Shown here in pieces: positions 23,943-36,517 of a stretch of 64,000 nt of DNA (the first letter of the stretch is position 1; every line of letters begins with the position of its first letter). The notes below the pieces were generated by a model. It was given only the letters and a program-made list of their open reading frames with translations. It was not told the DNA's origin and ran no database searches. The stretch comes from Pocillopora damicornis (Eukaryota): the NCBI RefSeq assembly GCF_003704095.1, contig NW_020847472.1, positions 248,001 through 312,000 of the forward strand, in the 5' to 3' direction. A program made the translations under genes and the position numbers.

Positions 23943-26900
23943 CGACTGAATGGAGATAAACGTTGTGGTTTATTGCTCCTGGTTATAAAAAGTATGCATC
24001 TTTTGGTCCAGTTTTAAAGAGACAGCTGTAAGTTAATATATAAAGTCGGATTCGAGGACCGAGTTGGTTGAATCTATCGCTAGGTAATTTACTATGTATC
24101 AGGGTAATTTCCCAGAACAGTTGAAAACTCTCGAATCGTTTTTTCTGAGATTGAAATATTGCTTTAATACTTTAATACTTTCTGGTGTCTATATTGCTGT
24201 TATTTCTGGATGCATTGTTTACTGTTGAACTGTCAATGAGGCTTTCATGGTTAAATTACCCTTTTATTGTTTCTGTTGTAGAACCAAGTTCTGCAACAAC
24301 AGCCGCAAAACCCATCGCACAAATTTCATGTTAGCTGTGAATTTACAGCAGGTAAACTTCACAAAAATGGATTACCCAGAGCAGGTGGCAAACATTGCAA
24401 AACGTGTTTCAAAGATCGCGGGCGAACGCACTTTATTAGACTACCTCTATAAAGAATGACCACAACTAGAATTGCTAAACGAAAGCTTTTTTTACAATTT
24501 GTTGAGTAACGCCAATTTACAGCTCCACCTTTTTTGTATGATAAGTTGCTGACTGTTATGTATCACTTTTACATTTAATTCTTAAGGTTATTTACAACCA
24601 AATGCAAACAGAATAACATTTATGTGTACGAGAACACGAACTGTCGGTTTCTCTGATGATCGCTATTGTTAAGTCAGTTGATACCTAAGCTGCATATTCC
24701 CTTGAGTGTGCTAAAGTAATTAAGCCAGCCTCTATATCACAGCAGATTTTGGGTAAATGAGACACAGTGTGTTGACCATGTACCGTTGTATGTAAATACA
24801 TTAATGAAAGTGGCACGTTTCTTCCGCACTGTGTATACTAATTAAGAAGTAAGCGATAATGACTCAAGTTCTTTTCCACCAATAAACACATTAAGTTAGC
24901 AACGTAGCAGCTTTGAACAAGCTGTTTCGTTAGCGCGTTTAAAGAAACAAGCATGCCACGGTATCAAGTAAATAATGTTCTTAATTTACGATGCTTTATT
25001 CGTAAAAGGAAAGACCTTTTTAAAGTTAGCCTGGATTTCAACCTTAGAGCTCCACTCAAACTTTGAGAACGGCCCTGCAAGCAAGCAGGATAAATTAAAA
25101 GGATACTTGGGTTTTGATTGTCTACTCAAAGGGGCACGCAATGGTTTACCTTTCTAGCCGGGATTGTAAGCGCGGGACTACCTGCTAAGGATTGCACGCT
25201 CGGGATTGCCATCTTTCTTGTCCACTCTTGTGCTTTCTTATGTAGTCTCTTGGCCTTTAAAAATCCTTTATTCTCAAAGCTTATTCTAACAAGAATTTTG
25301 GATATCGGCTTTGGTCCAATAGTTCATTTTTTGAACCTTGACCCTGCCTCGGTCCAAAATTATCCTTGAACGCAAACAAAGCCTTTTGACTAGTATTCAA
25401 CCATTTAACGGAATATGTTTGGTCAATATTGAATGGGTGGTTGATCAAACAAACGAAATTCGTGGATGAGAATGAGTGAAGAGGAGGAAAAAAGCACGAT
25501 ATCACAGAATTTTTAAAATGCATGCAGAACTAAAGACGCGGCTTTATTGTTTTCACCGGTTGTGGCTAGGCAAAATACATAACATATGATAGCTGATAAA
25601 TATTTGATTAATTTCGTTATCTACTTCGTCTTCTAAGAAAGCGACTTCAAGATAGAACTTGACATTTTTAGCTCTAAGATATACGAGACTGCTTTAACAC
25701 AGCTTAATTATTTTCGATCCAGGCACTCAAGATACGTGATAGTGCGCATGACCAAATCAAAGCAGTTCAGTCCCATCAAATTGTATCGGACTCGAATTAG
25801 TAATGGTGTCCCAATATGTCTGATAAGAAGGTCTCTCGACGAAGTCACAACATCCTCTGGAGTGTCTTCCACTTAAAAATGTTTTAAAAGTAAAATATTC
25901 GTGAATAAAAAGGCCAAAATAAATTAACGGATCACAAAGCTGGAAGGATAAGAAGTGCAAAGTTAAGTTCGTTCTCACGGATTCGTTTCTCGTGGAATGT
26001 TTCTTCGCCGCATGTCAAACAAAATAAGATCACCAACAGGATAACCAAAAGCTTTTTCACCTACTTTATCGATGAGTCCACAAGTTGCCTGGAAACTCCA
26101 AACTTGTTTGTGCCAACCTGATATCGGTCTGATTGGGTCACTCAATGGTTGGCGATAACTCCTAGTGATGTATTGCTCATTGTGTATCATCATCCGTTGT
26201 TTACATATTTGATTTAAACTATCACGCCCATGTTAGCGTTTCATAAAATTTTCAGCCCTTTTAGTCCAATCAACCCAAATCTCAACAAGAATTCTAATTC
26301 CGGTCCGGAAAGAGTGGGCGATCCGTAGCTTTTCTGCCGAACTCTTTCATCTAATCGGTGAACAATATTCAAATGCAGAACGGGGACCTTTTGCGATAAT
26401 TCATCCTAGGTCAGATTCCAACCACGAGTCGTGAAAAGATGCCACAAAGATTTAAAAGAAGAATGAAAAAAAAGTTGAAAAAAAACGATACTTTCAATAT
26501 ACGATTAAGAATATGGAAGCCAAGCACTGAAGAATTAGAATGTGTTTATCTGGTTTTTGCTCACGAAAGAAGCTAACGACGAAGCAAACGAAAGATAAAA
26601 GAAAAGATTCCATCCTTTGACACGGTATACAATTCTCAGAGATAATATCAGAATGTTTTTCAAAAATAAACCACCTCCGGTTTGTGCATTATCGCATTGC
26701 AGACGATAATATCAGGGAGAGAGGTTAATACAGAACCTGGGCTACATTTGAGCAAATTTTCCATCTCCTTCTTAGACAGAGCTAGTTTGCTTTCACAAGG
26801 ATAATCTTGCAGGCTCCCATCCTTCTTTGGTGAGTTAAGATAATTAGTGTGGGGGGTCTATTAAGTCCTTGAGTATCTCAAGTGAACGCTTATTCTTGGC

Positions 26901-26981
26901 AGTGGGAAATATAGACTTTGTGACGGGACAACTGAGATGAAACTTTGGAGAGGAGTATTTCTTTGATTTTACAATAGAGGG

Positions 26982-29900
26982 ATGAATCTTACAGTGTTGA
27001 AATTGGTTGTTTCTGCCGGTTCCTTCTTTACGTGTCTTTCTTTAATTTTCACCGATGTGTGCCTTTTGGGTCGACAAGATTGTTTACCAAGCGCAAGGAG
27101 CTTCCAGAAGAAACTGGTTGGCTCTTTGGAGCGACTGTTTTTTCTGAGGTCCGGCGGAGACCTCGATCTTGACGAAGAGATCTTTGACATGTCAAAAGGA
27201 CTAAACCACCATGTTTGGGAATACAACTGTTTGAAGAGCATTGAAGCCCTTTGCAATTTCCCAATCTTTCCTAAAGCACCGGATAAAAGAGAAATAATAT
27301 CACGAACAGAAATCACTACGCGGAGCCGTCGCCGCGTGGATGCCCATCGTTTACTTGGTTTTTTGGTTCCAAATTTATCAGGTGAACATCTCTTCGCGGT
27401 AACATCGAATGGTTTTGCTGAAGTCTGGCTAAGTCCTGATAAAAGTTGGAGGTCGGCAAACCAGATTGCTTACATCAGGCAAACTGATTTGAAATCTACA
27501 ACAAAAAAATGGGACTTTGAGGCTGTAAAATCACAGATTTCCGCCGGAGTTTATTTAGAGGCGAGAAAACGATATTTCATTGAGATCGTGTACTCCCTTG
27601 GAGGTCGCAAAAGAGGCGAGAACTTTCTGCAAGTCGCCTGGAAACGACCAGGAAAATCCACGTTTGAGATTATTGAGAGCGAATCACTCTCACTGTATAC
27701 AAATGACAGTGAGAAGGACAAGTACAAAACCTATGACGATCGTTTACCCAAAGCTCACTACTGTGCAAAATATCAGAAAAGCTACGCAAACAAATATATG
27801 AGATCAGAGCCATATCCTAGCTTGGATAATTCCGCCATTAGTGGTGCTTTACCATTTTGTGACTACAGTCCTAGCTATATTCTCAATCCTGCTAAATTAG
27901 ATGGGTTTGAAAAATACCATGGCGTAAAAAAACATGTGCATAAAACGTACGGTTACCCATATCCAAATATTGATGGCATTATCAGAAGTCACACGGCGCA
28001 TAACGTGTTTTTGGCTGAGGATCCCTTAGAAGAGGAAGAAGCGTGGTCCGTGGTTGAGGCGTATATGGAAACTGTGGAAAAAAGCTATCCAGGGTAAGAA
28101 TTTGAGATTTTTTAAATTTGAAACTAGCCTTTCTTTGTGAGCAGTCGTTGACCATTCGTGTATTGCCATTTGTCAATCCTTGATCTTTCCTGACTGTCGT
28201 TGCTTGTTAGTTCTTTTATTTATTTGCTCGTTCGTTCGTCACTTCCGTAACTCGTTCGTTCTTTAGTTTTGCCGGTCGTCGCCGTTGTCGTTCGTTCGGT
28301 CGTTCGTGTAGTCGTTCGTTCGATGCGACGTTCGAAGATTCAGTCGGAAGCTTAGAATACCTCCTCGAATTCTGGGAAATCGTGCCAAAAGAGGATAATG
28401 ATAATGCAAGAAAAACCAAGCAATAAGTGTAATAAATTTGATGTTGTATAATGGTTACTAATAGGCTAAGTCAGGTCTGGCTGATCTACACAATGTGAAG
28501 TGGAGATCAATCTATGATCCACACTTATGATTGAGTAAAACATTATTTCAACAGGAAATATGAACTTGAGGATATCATTCGCGTTGAAAAAAAGAAAGAT
28601 CCCGAGAAAGGAAATAGATATCTTCTGGAGCTTGCTGTAAAAGATCTCACAAACTTTGATGGCTATATTTTATCGGAATATATTTTTAAACCGAAAGATA
28701 GAAGTGAGTCGTTGTGCTATCCCAGAGGCCTACAATGGAACAGGACAGCAGATGTCTATCTGATTCTCACGGTCAAGAACTTGGGTCGGTGGGTTCATCA
28801 CTTTATCAAGAACGTGGAAGAAATTGTACGAGAAACGAAAGATGAACACTTACATGTGGTTATATTTGACTTTAACAGCCCAGATATTGACTTAGAGCAC
28901 GTTTTGAGAAGAAGCAATCTGAGGAACCATCATTATATCTCAAAGCCTGGTAATTATTCGCGCACAGTTTCCTTAATGGAAGCTATAAAGTCAATAGATG
29001 ATCCTGAAGCCATTGTAGTAACCATTGATTTGCATCTGGATATCGGAAGTCAGATGATTAACGACATACGTAAGGTAGGGACGAGGAACTCCTTGAAATG
29101 GACTGTTGCAAATCACTTACCTCAAAAGTAATCGCAAAAGCCAATTAGAACAAAGTTCACATGACCCAAAGGGCTAGATAGAACTCTAAATGAATGAAAG
29201 TCACTCTTTATCACCGAGAAGGNNNNNNNNNNNNNNNNNNNNNNNNNNNNNNNNNNNNNNNNNNNNNNNNNNNNNNNNNNNNNNNNNNNNNNNNNNNNNN
29301 NNNNNNNNNNNNNNNNNNNNNNNNNNNNNNNNNNNNNNNNNNNNNNNNNNNNNNNNNNNNNNNNNNNNNNNNNNNNNNNNNNNNNNNNNNNNNNNNNNNN
29401 NNNNNNNNNNNNNNNNNNNNNNNNNNNNNNATTATATGGTTGTCAGGGGGAACAAAGGTGGGATCAGTCGTGGCCAACAGAGTATAAATGGGAGACTAAA
29501 GAAAATTGACTGCCAATTAATTGCCAATAAGGAGTGTTATGGTAGTTTTACAGAGCCTTATGAAGAATGGCCAAATTTTTCATTTTTATCATGACACAAC
29601 CAGCCCCCACCCCACCCCTACTACAGCGATTAATTATGACCGGTTCCAAAGCTGTGTTGGGAAGAAATCATAGCCGTATCAATGTTGGCTTCTGAGTAAC
29701 CAATTAAATTTTTCACCTTGTTAGCATTTTTGAGTTTTTTTCAGCCTCCTCGAAATATAAACCAAAAGGGAACAGTCCCTTGAGTACGATTCAAGTTTTT
29801 GATGGCATTTCCAGGCTTGACTCCTACGTTACACAGACTTTTATTGAAGTTTTAACAGTTTTTCACGTTCTTTTCAGCACTGTATCAAAGGAAGGACCGT

Positions 29901-30171
29901 CTATGCTCCCCAAATCATCTTTCTAAATTGTGGTGGAAGCAGTGCCCTTCCCAGAGGCTCATGGTACCACTACAGCTATGGAACAGTTGCTATGTATAAA
30001 GAAGACTGGGAAAAATTTGGAGGCTTTTCACAGGGTTTTGTTAACAAAACCACGTGGGGAGGAGAGGACTGGGACATCATTGACGGCGCAGTCAAGGGTG
30101 GCCTGGAAATAGAAAGGAAACGATCACCATGGGTCTATCATTATTACCACACCAAATATGGAATGTGGTAA
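26982..30171 (+). CDS. Beta-1,4-N-acetylgalactosaminyltransferase 3/4-like paralog A (type II membrane, PA14 plus GT7), about 641 aa. Exons 26982-28093, 28555-29074, 29878-30171
   Basis: N-terminal TM segment. LCNFPIFPKAPD and RLLGFLVP..G.H.F..TSNGFAEVWLS..QVAWKRP (PA14). GNRYLLEL, LCYP.GL.W and VKNLGRWVHHFI. Metal-binding DLH and WGGED, both characteristic of B4GALNT3/4. GT-AG junctions with phases 2 and 0. Intron 2 contains an assembly gap. Confidence 0.92.
29223..29430. other. Assembly gap (N run)
   Basis: Run of N. Confidence 1.
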
Positions 30172-31316
30172 TCGTAGGAATGAGTTATTGGCCAAATTTG
30201 ACGCCAAGGAGACTAGGAACGAGGTTTAATATCCAGCTAGGCTGAAACCAATCTGCCGTCACCTTAACTAACAGGAGGAGGCGGGTGGAAGGGGTTGGGG
30301 AAACGAACTCGAACGTGAAGTACGACTGTCGTTAAACCCAACAATTGCTCCTCGAGTTTCGAAGAAAAAGTATTTGTAAATCTGCACAGTACTCCTCGAT
30401 GAGCTGGACTTTAAGTAAACGAGAACTGAATACTTGTCACAGAAGAGTTTTAATTTGTACAGTTGGTCTGATGAAAATAGTTGAGCATATTACAAAGAGA
30501 CGCCCTTGATCGCCACTTTCGCTTGGCTTTACGCCGTAAACTTCATATTTGTGCTGCTTATATAGTAAACAAAAACACCCAGATATTGATCATTAATATG
30601 TTATAATTTTATTTTTCAGTACAATATGACGAATGTGAAAATGACGCATGACTAATACTTAGAATTTCAAATTAAAACAGCCTATAAAGGTACCGATGGG
30701 ATGAGATTTTATATAATACTTACATATAATTCTATACAATTTTTTTTTTATCATCTCTTGCATATCAGTTACGTTGACTATCCCTCCGAAATACCAAGAG
30801 TGAGTAAGCAACCCATTGCCTACGTCTTCAGTACTTGGGAACAGCTAATAAAAATAAAAAATGTTTGCAGCCTAGAAGATACTTTACAACCTTTAAAATT
30901 CAACATTTGCTTATGCTGGTCACCATCCTGGTTGTGCTGATTGATCCTGATTGTGGTCGGTGGCTAAGAAGGAACAGGGGATCCGTTAGGGTGGAGTTTG
31001 GGTTGGGTGTGCTGTAAAAGACTCTGACTCTCTTTGGAACGAATTTCTTTCATTTTGCTATGTTGTTAAGACTAAGAATTATTAAGAATTGTGTTATATC
31101 GCCATCATGTATCCAGTTCTGGGATGGAGAGACAATATGTTTACAATTAGATTAAAAATGTGTTGGTGCTGCGCTGGTAGATCTACTTCCCCCCCCCCCC
31201 CACTCCTCCTCACTCCTCCCCCCTTCCACGGCCCAACCGAAACATGCTAGCCATAAACAAGATCTTTAAACTTGATCTACAGATTTTGGCTGGATGGTTT
31301 CTCCGTCATTGGTATT

Positions 31317-34300
31317 TTATAGCCACATTCCTGCTTTAGTGTGGTAATAATGGTAAATATATGGGCTTGGCTTGCGCTCTATTTCCAGGCCACTCTTGAC
31401 TGCGCCGTCAATTAGATCCCAGTCCTCGCCTCCCCATGTAACTTTTGTCTCGAAATACTTAGAGAATCCTCCAAATTTGTCCCAGTCCTCCTTGTGCACT
31501 GCCACAGTTCCATAGCTGTAGCGGTTCCATTCCCCTATGGGAACAGCACTAGTTCCGTCACAGTCAAGAAAAGCTATCTGTGGAGCGTACAATGTTTTGC
31601 CTCTGATGCAATGCTGAAATGACAATATGACAGCAAAGAGACCTTCAACTTTTAACCCCTAGAAGTGATTAACATGTAATTTCTCCCTATAGATATCTAT
31701 ACATCATCCCGCATATAGGTAAAGGGAATACTGAAACTTATGGGGTGGAAGATGTTATCTTGATCTGACACGAAATTCTTGCAAATATTTTAGAGGGGAG
31801 AATTTTAAAACACAAGCAGATGTTGGGAGTTAAAAGGTTAACAGACGATCAAGTTTGTTGACTTAGGCGCACTTGCCTCAACTATCCATTACGTAGTTAG
31901 ATAATGACTAACACCTAAATGATAATGTTAATAGTCTAACCCAACCCCTGAGAAAATCCCACCCACACCCCAGTACCCTCTCTCCAATTACCTTGCGTAT
32001 ATCGTTTATTGCTCGGCTCCCAATATCCAGGTGTAGATCAATAGTAACAATAATGGCATCTAAGTCCTTTATTGATGCCACTGCTTCACTTATGGCAATA
32101 CTGCGAGAATAATTACCAGGTTTTCTGATAAAATGATAATTTTTCAGAGTGCTTCGTTTCAAGGCCTGCTCTAGATCAATATCAGGGCTATCGAAGTCGA
32201 AAATAACCACATGTAAATGTTCGTCTTCCGTCTCTAGCATGATTTCTTCTACGTTTCTGATAAAATGGTGAACCCATCGACCCAGGTTCTTGGCGGTCAG
32301 AATCAGGTAGACATCCACATTCCTGTTCCACAGCAGGCCACTAGGGTAACACAATGGCTCACTTTCATCTTTCGGTTCAAAAACATTTTCTGCCAGGACA
32401 TAACTGACGTCTCTTGGGATATCTTTGACGACAAGTTCGAGGAAATATTTATTACCTTTTCCGGGGTCTTCTCTTCTTTCAACGCTAATAACAGATTGGA
32501 GTTCGTATTTCCTGGATGGAGAGGGTTAGTACTTAGTGTTGATTGAAAAATTTCTGCATTTGGGGACCAGTGATCATTTACTGTCTGGGAGGAGGGGGTG
32601 AGAGATTTTGCAAGGATCACATGGTTTTCAGGGGGGGAACTGAGTATAAAGGGGGGAACCATAGATAATTTTTTACCAATTTACTGCAATGAGGGGGGCC
32701 ATAAGAACATTACAGAGCCTTATGGGGAGGGGGGGTGTGGAATCAGATAAAATTTATCGTGACGCAAACAAAACTCTCCAATATCCCCTCCCCCGAAGAC
32801 AAATAATGACTGCTCCCTGAGCCTTAATGAACGTTAAATATTTACCATCTCTGGTGGAAGTGCCCGTTGTTACTTTCACGAGTAATTTGGAACAAAGAAG
32901 ACAAAAAAATGCAAACAAAGGAGCCGAGGAAAGTAATAATTGTAAAGCAAAGAAGAACTGCATAGGAGTTTTACACCAAGGTAAACCCTGAATTCATAAC
33001 AATAACCTCAACTTCAGCTTTCTACGAAAAGCAGGTAAATTCAACGCAGAAAAGTTTGAATATATGTCTGCTATACTTAATTAAAATAAAAAGGAAAGAG
33101 GTCGCTTGAACTTTTTTTAAATTAAGTATAATTGTATGCAAAATTTCACTCTCAACGTTGCCTTACAGCTTCGCGTAGAGCATGCGCAGTGCTAATTGCT
33201 TTACAATTTTTTATTTTTGAGTGAGATTACTTAAGACTTCAAGCCGGATGCAAAATGTTTGATTTTCCTTTCAAAATTTTTTATATCCTGTTTCTTTAAT
33301 TTTCCGAGTGAGAATTTATATTTTACATTATTATTTCTGGGGTGACTTATTAAAATGTCTAGAAGTGTGGGCGTTTTCATGACAAGTTGCTAAGTAAAAC
33401 AAACATTTCGGAGACAATTAACTAGATTGGATTATTCGTTTTGAAGGTAAATCTGCTCAAGAATAGAACAACCATAATCCAAGTTATACGCTGTTTATTT
33501 TTTTTTTAAGCTGGCTGACGGCTACAGTATGGAGATTAGTTATATTCTAGTATCCAGAGACGTATTCCAAACTGCTTATTATTCCAAAACTCAAAAGGTA
33601 CATTTTTATGAAAAATCTGGTTTGTTCTGTTTTGATTTGTTTTCATAATCATAGCATAAGGCGCAAAACGTATAAAACAAAGAACTTAATACTGTAACAA
33701 AAAGAAAAACAAGTGTCCGTTAAAGACACTCAAAAGAGCTCTTACGGGTGGAAGGCCTCACATGAATAAATCTCAATTTGTCATGAGTTTGCACTCCCAT
33801 TCACCTAAAAATAAAAATGCATCGGTGTGTTTGATTAAACTTACCCGGGGAAAGCTCCACTCAACTCCTCGAAGTATTTGTTTATAACTGAAAACGCTGT
33901 CTCTTCCTCGAGGAAAAATATCATCTCCTCGAAAGCCATTCTCGTTCCATTCAAAGGCGGGTAAACATTCGTTCGTTGTACATATAGTGAAACACCATAA
34001 TACATTTGAAAGTCAGATGGCAGATTTTCCGGATCGATGAGGTAACTGGGGCTATAGTCACATACCTCTAAAACTTGGTCCACAGCAGCTCGTTGGAGGT
34101 ATGGAAGCTTCTCTGGCCTCAAGAACTTGTTGGTAGACCTTCTGTCGAATTGAGCACAATAAAGTGCACCTGGCAATTTGTCATCGTATACTTCAAATTC
34201 ATATTTTTCGTCATCGTTCGTGTATGGTGAGAAGAAAGCTCCATCAATCACATCGAATCCGTCAGCGCTATTGAGTCGTTTCCAAGAGATTTGTATCAAC

Positions 34301-34890
34301 TGTTGGCTGTTTTTAAGTTCAGCTTGAACATAGATTGCCTCAGTGTAATATTTCTTTCCCCCAACCAAACTGATGGGGTTTGAAAGATTTTGTGTACCAC
34401 TGGCCGAAGCTATTCTTCTTGCATCTTTCCAGTCAGAACTCGAACTAAGCCACATTTCAGCTGATCCAATCGAGGTCAACAAAAATTGATAGACATCAGT
34501 AACATTTGGTCGAATGTAGCCCAGCAATCGAATAGCCACGAAATTGTTCTTAGCTGTAAAATTAAGGTCAGCATTTGAAATAGTTTTTCTAATGTCCGGA
34601 GATTTTGGAAACATTGGATGATTGCATAATTGTTGAAGTGAAATCTGACAACTTTCGAATATCCAAGTATGTTTGTTAAAACCCGTTGAGGTTTCTTCAA
34701 TATTGGTGTAATGAGCTCTTGTTATAAGCCAGTCATGAGTTCCGTTAATTTTTGCAAGGATTTTCTGGCGTGTATCAACGATAAGCGGTGAGCGATGAAT
34801 GACGATAAATAGTACCCAAAGATCTAATATGAGAACAAAAACGAAAACCATTCGTCTAAAATTAACGCGAGCCATGATTGTCGCCAGCAT
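31317..34890 (-). CDS. B4GALNT3/4-like paralog B, about 620 aa. Exons 34890 (or 34875)-33845, 32511-31992, 31613-31317
   Basis: Same three-exon structure with a 520-nt middle exon. TM segment MVFVFVLILDLWVLFIVI, PA14 region, DLH and WGGED motifs. The ORF-track start at 34926 is a TTG; the first ATGs are at 34890 and 34875. Confidence 0.92.
31645..31841. mobile_element. MITE-like repeat in intron 2 of paralog B (TTAA/CCC..GG family)
   Basis: tttaacccct start and aaaggttaa end; similar to 17155-17362. Confidence 0.5.
32561..32820. mobile_element. G/C-armed MITE copy in intron 1 of paralog B
   Basis: Inverted termini ggggaccagtgatcattta and aaataatgactgctccct; related to 21112-21290. Confidence 0.65.
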
Positions 34891-35227
34891 TCGTTCCTGA
34901 ATAATATAAGTTGTCCAACTCGCCAAGGAGTATGAATCAGATAACGGAAGATGTGGGCAGCTCGGACTGTCCCATGTTCGATATTTTCAATGAAATGCAA
35001 ATAAAGCGTTTGATACATTTACGCTGCTGGGGTCGTTCCCACGGAGATTTTCTTCTCAGTTAAGATGTATTGTTAAAGGTGTTAAAGAAAAAACTCACAC
35101 GAAAGACTGTAATAACGACTTCTCTAAGGTTGTCAAAACGACAACAACTACCGACAACAACTACCCTAGCCTGGACGATAAGACATGCGATTAAATAACT
35201 CCCCAGGGTTCGAACTATCGTATAAAG

Positions 35228-35356
35228 GTCGGATAACGTTATCCAAGAGATGAAAGGCTATCCAGAGGATAAGTGATATCAACTTACTACACCATTTACC
35301 GGATAGGGATTTATCCAGTGGATGGCATTAACCAACCTTCAAAAAACCGGGGCCTG
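35228..35356. mobile_element. Short repeat with iterated GGATA/TATCC motifs, Harbinger-type MITE fragment
   Basis: ggataacgttatcca..ggataag..ggatagggatttatccagtggat, ending ccggggcc. Confidence 0.45.
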
Positions 35357-36517
35357 CTGGTGAAAATTACGCCATTCATCGCGAAATGAAGGAGACGTGA
35401 TGGTGGAAATGCACCCAGTAACAATTGTTTTTGAATTTTTATTTCGATGTCTTTCAAACGAGAAAAGTAATATATCTCAGAAATGGCAAGCCTCTCGGAA
35501 GTTTCTCTTGAACAATATAAATGAAAAAATTACAACAACTTGAAACAACAATAGATTGAAGTACTTGCCTACAAACAATTGGCAATGACTTGCAAGTGCT
35601 GGTGGTAACAATTTTCCACAACCGATCAAAATATTTTACTGTATTAAATAGTTTCGGATTAACAATACAATTCCAAGCAGACAATTGATAAGAATAAAGA
35701 AAAATATAAATAGGAGATTGTTAATTATTTGATCCATTACCAAATTCTCTGAAATAAGATCACAAGAATTGTAAGGCAGATAGTCAGGTGAATTACTAGT
35801 GAATTCAGTCCATAATAGCTACCATAGCGCGGCTCCATGCCGTAAATAAAACATTTGCTTCACAATTCATTAAATAAAAGTTAATTTATGCATTTAACGT
35901 TTGCATGTTTAAACATTGCTTCATAGTATAACGGGACGAAAACGAATATGACGGGTATAGGAGTAAGTAACGTAACTCATATTATTGTGGCAGGAAGTAT
36001 AATAAGACCTCTTCTCATAAAAGAACATATGGGATGACATTTGATCATGATTTTACCATAATGTTGAACGTTTTGGACAGGAGAGAGAAAATCTCTCAAG
36101 GGTCGCGCGCCCATTCGCTTATTTGCTCCTAAGTAGTAGAAGAAAGTTGTGTGCAATCTAGGTAAATCTTTACAATCATTAAGTATTCAACTTCTCTATC
36201 ACTACGCCTATGATATGGCGATTAAAATTCTGAAAGGAGGGTAGAAATGAGTTGAGAGAAGGGAGGGGTGCCGCTAAAGCTTACAAGCTTTGATCTTCTT
36301 CAAAACAAAATTATTTCTCTTGCTTCATTGTTCACGACGAAGAGCCATTAAGGATTGTCGCATATCGCCCTCATGAAGCCACGTTGAAATATTCAGAACG
36401 AATGTTTTAAATGCGATTTAAAAACTTGTTAGTACCACACTCGTAGACCACGTCTTCGTGTCCCAAAATAGTAAATTGAATACCTCGCTGGCCTTAAATA
36501 TGACCTTTAAACATGGA

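Noticed and set aside
24368-24459. Small ORF MDYPEQVANIAKRVSKIAGERTLLDYLYKE
   Set aside because: Too short, with no recognisable homology or gene context.
25757-26193. Short minus-strand ORFs with faint resemblance to the GLNxHxW motif of the transferases
   Set aside because: Similarity is limited to a few residues and no downstream PA14 motifs follow.
29190-29594. ORFs spanning the N run, and the X-containing extension of ORF 37201-38427
   Set aside because: Artefacts of assembly gaps; only 37777-38296 is a real exon.
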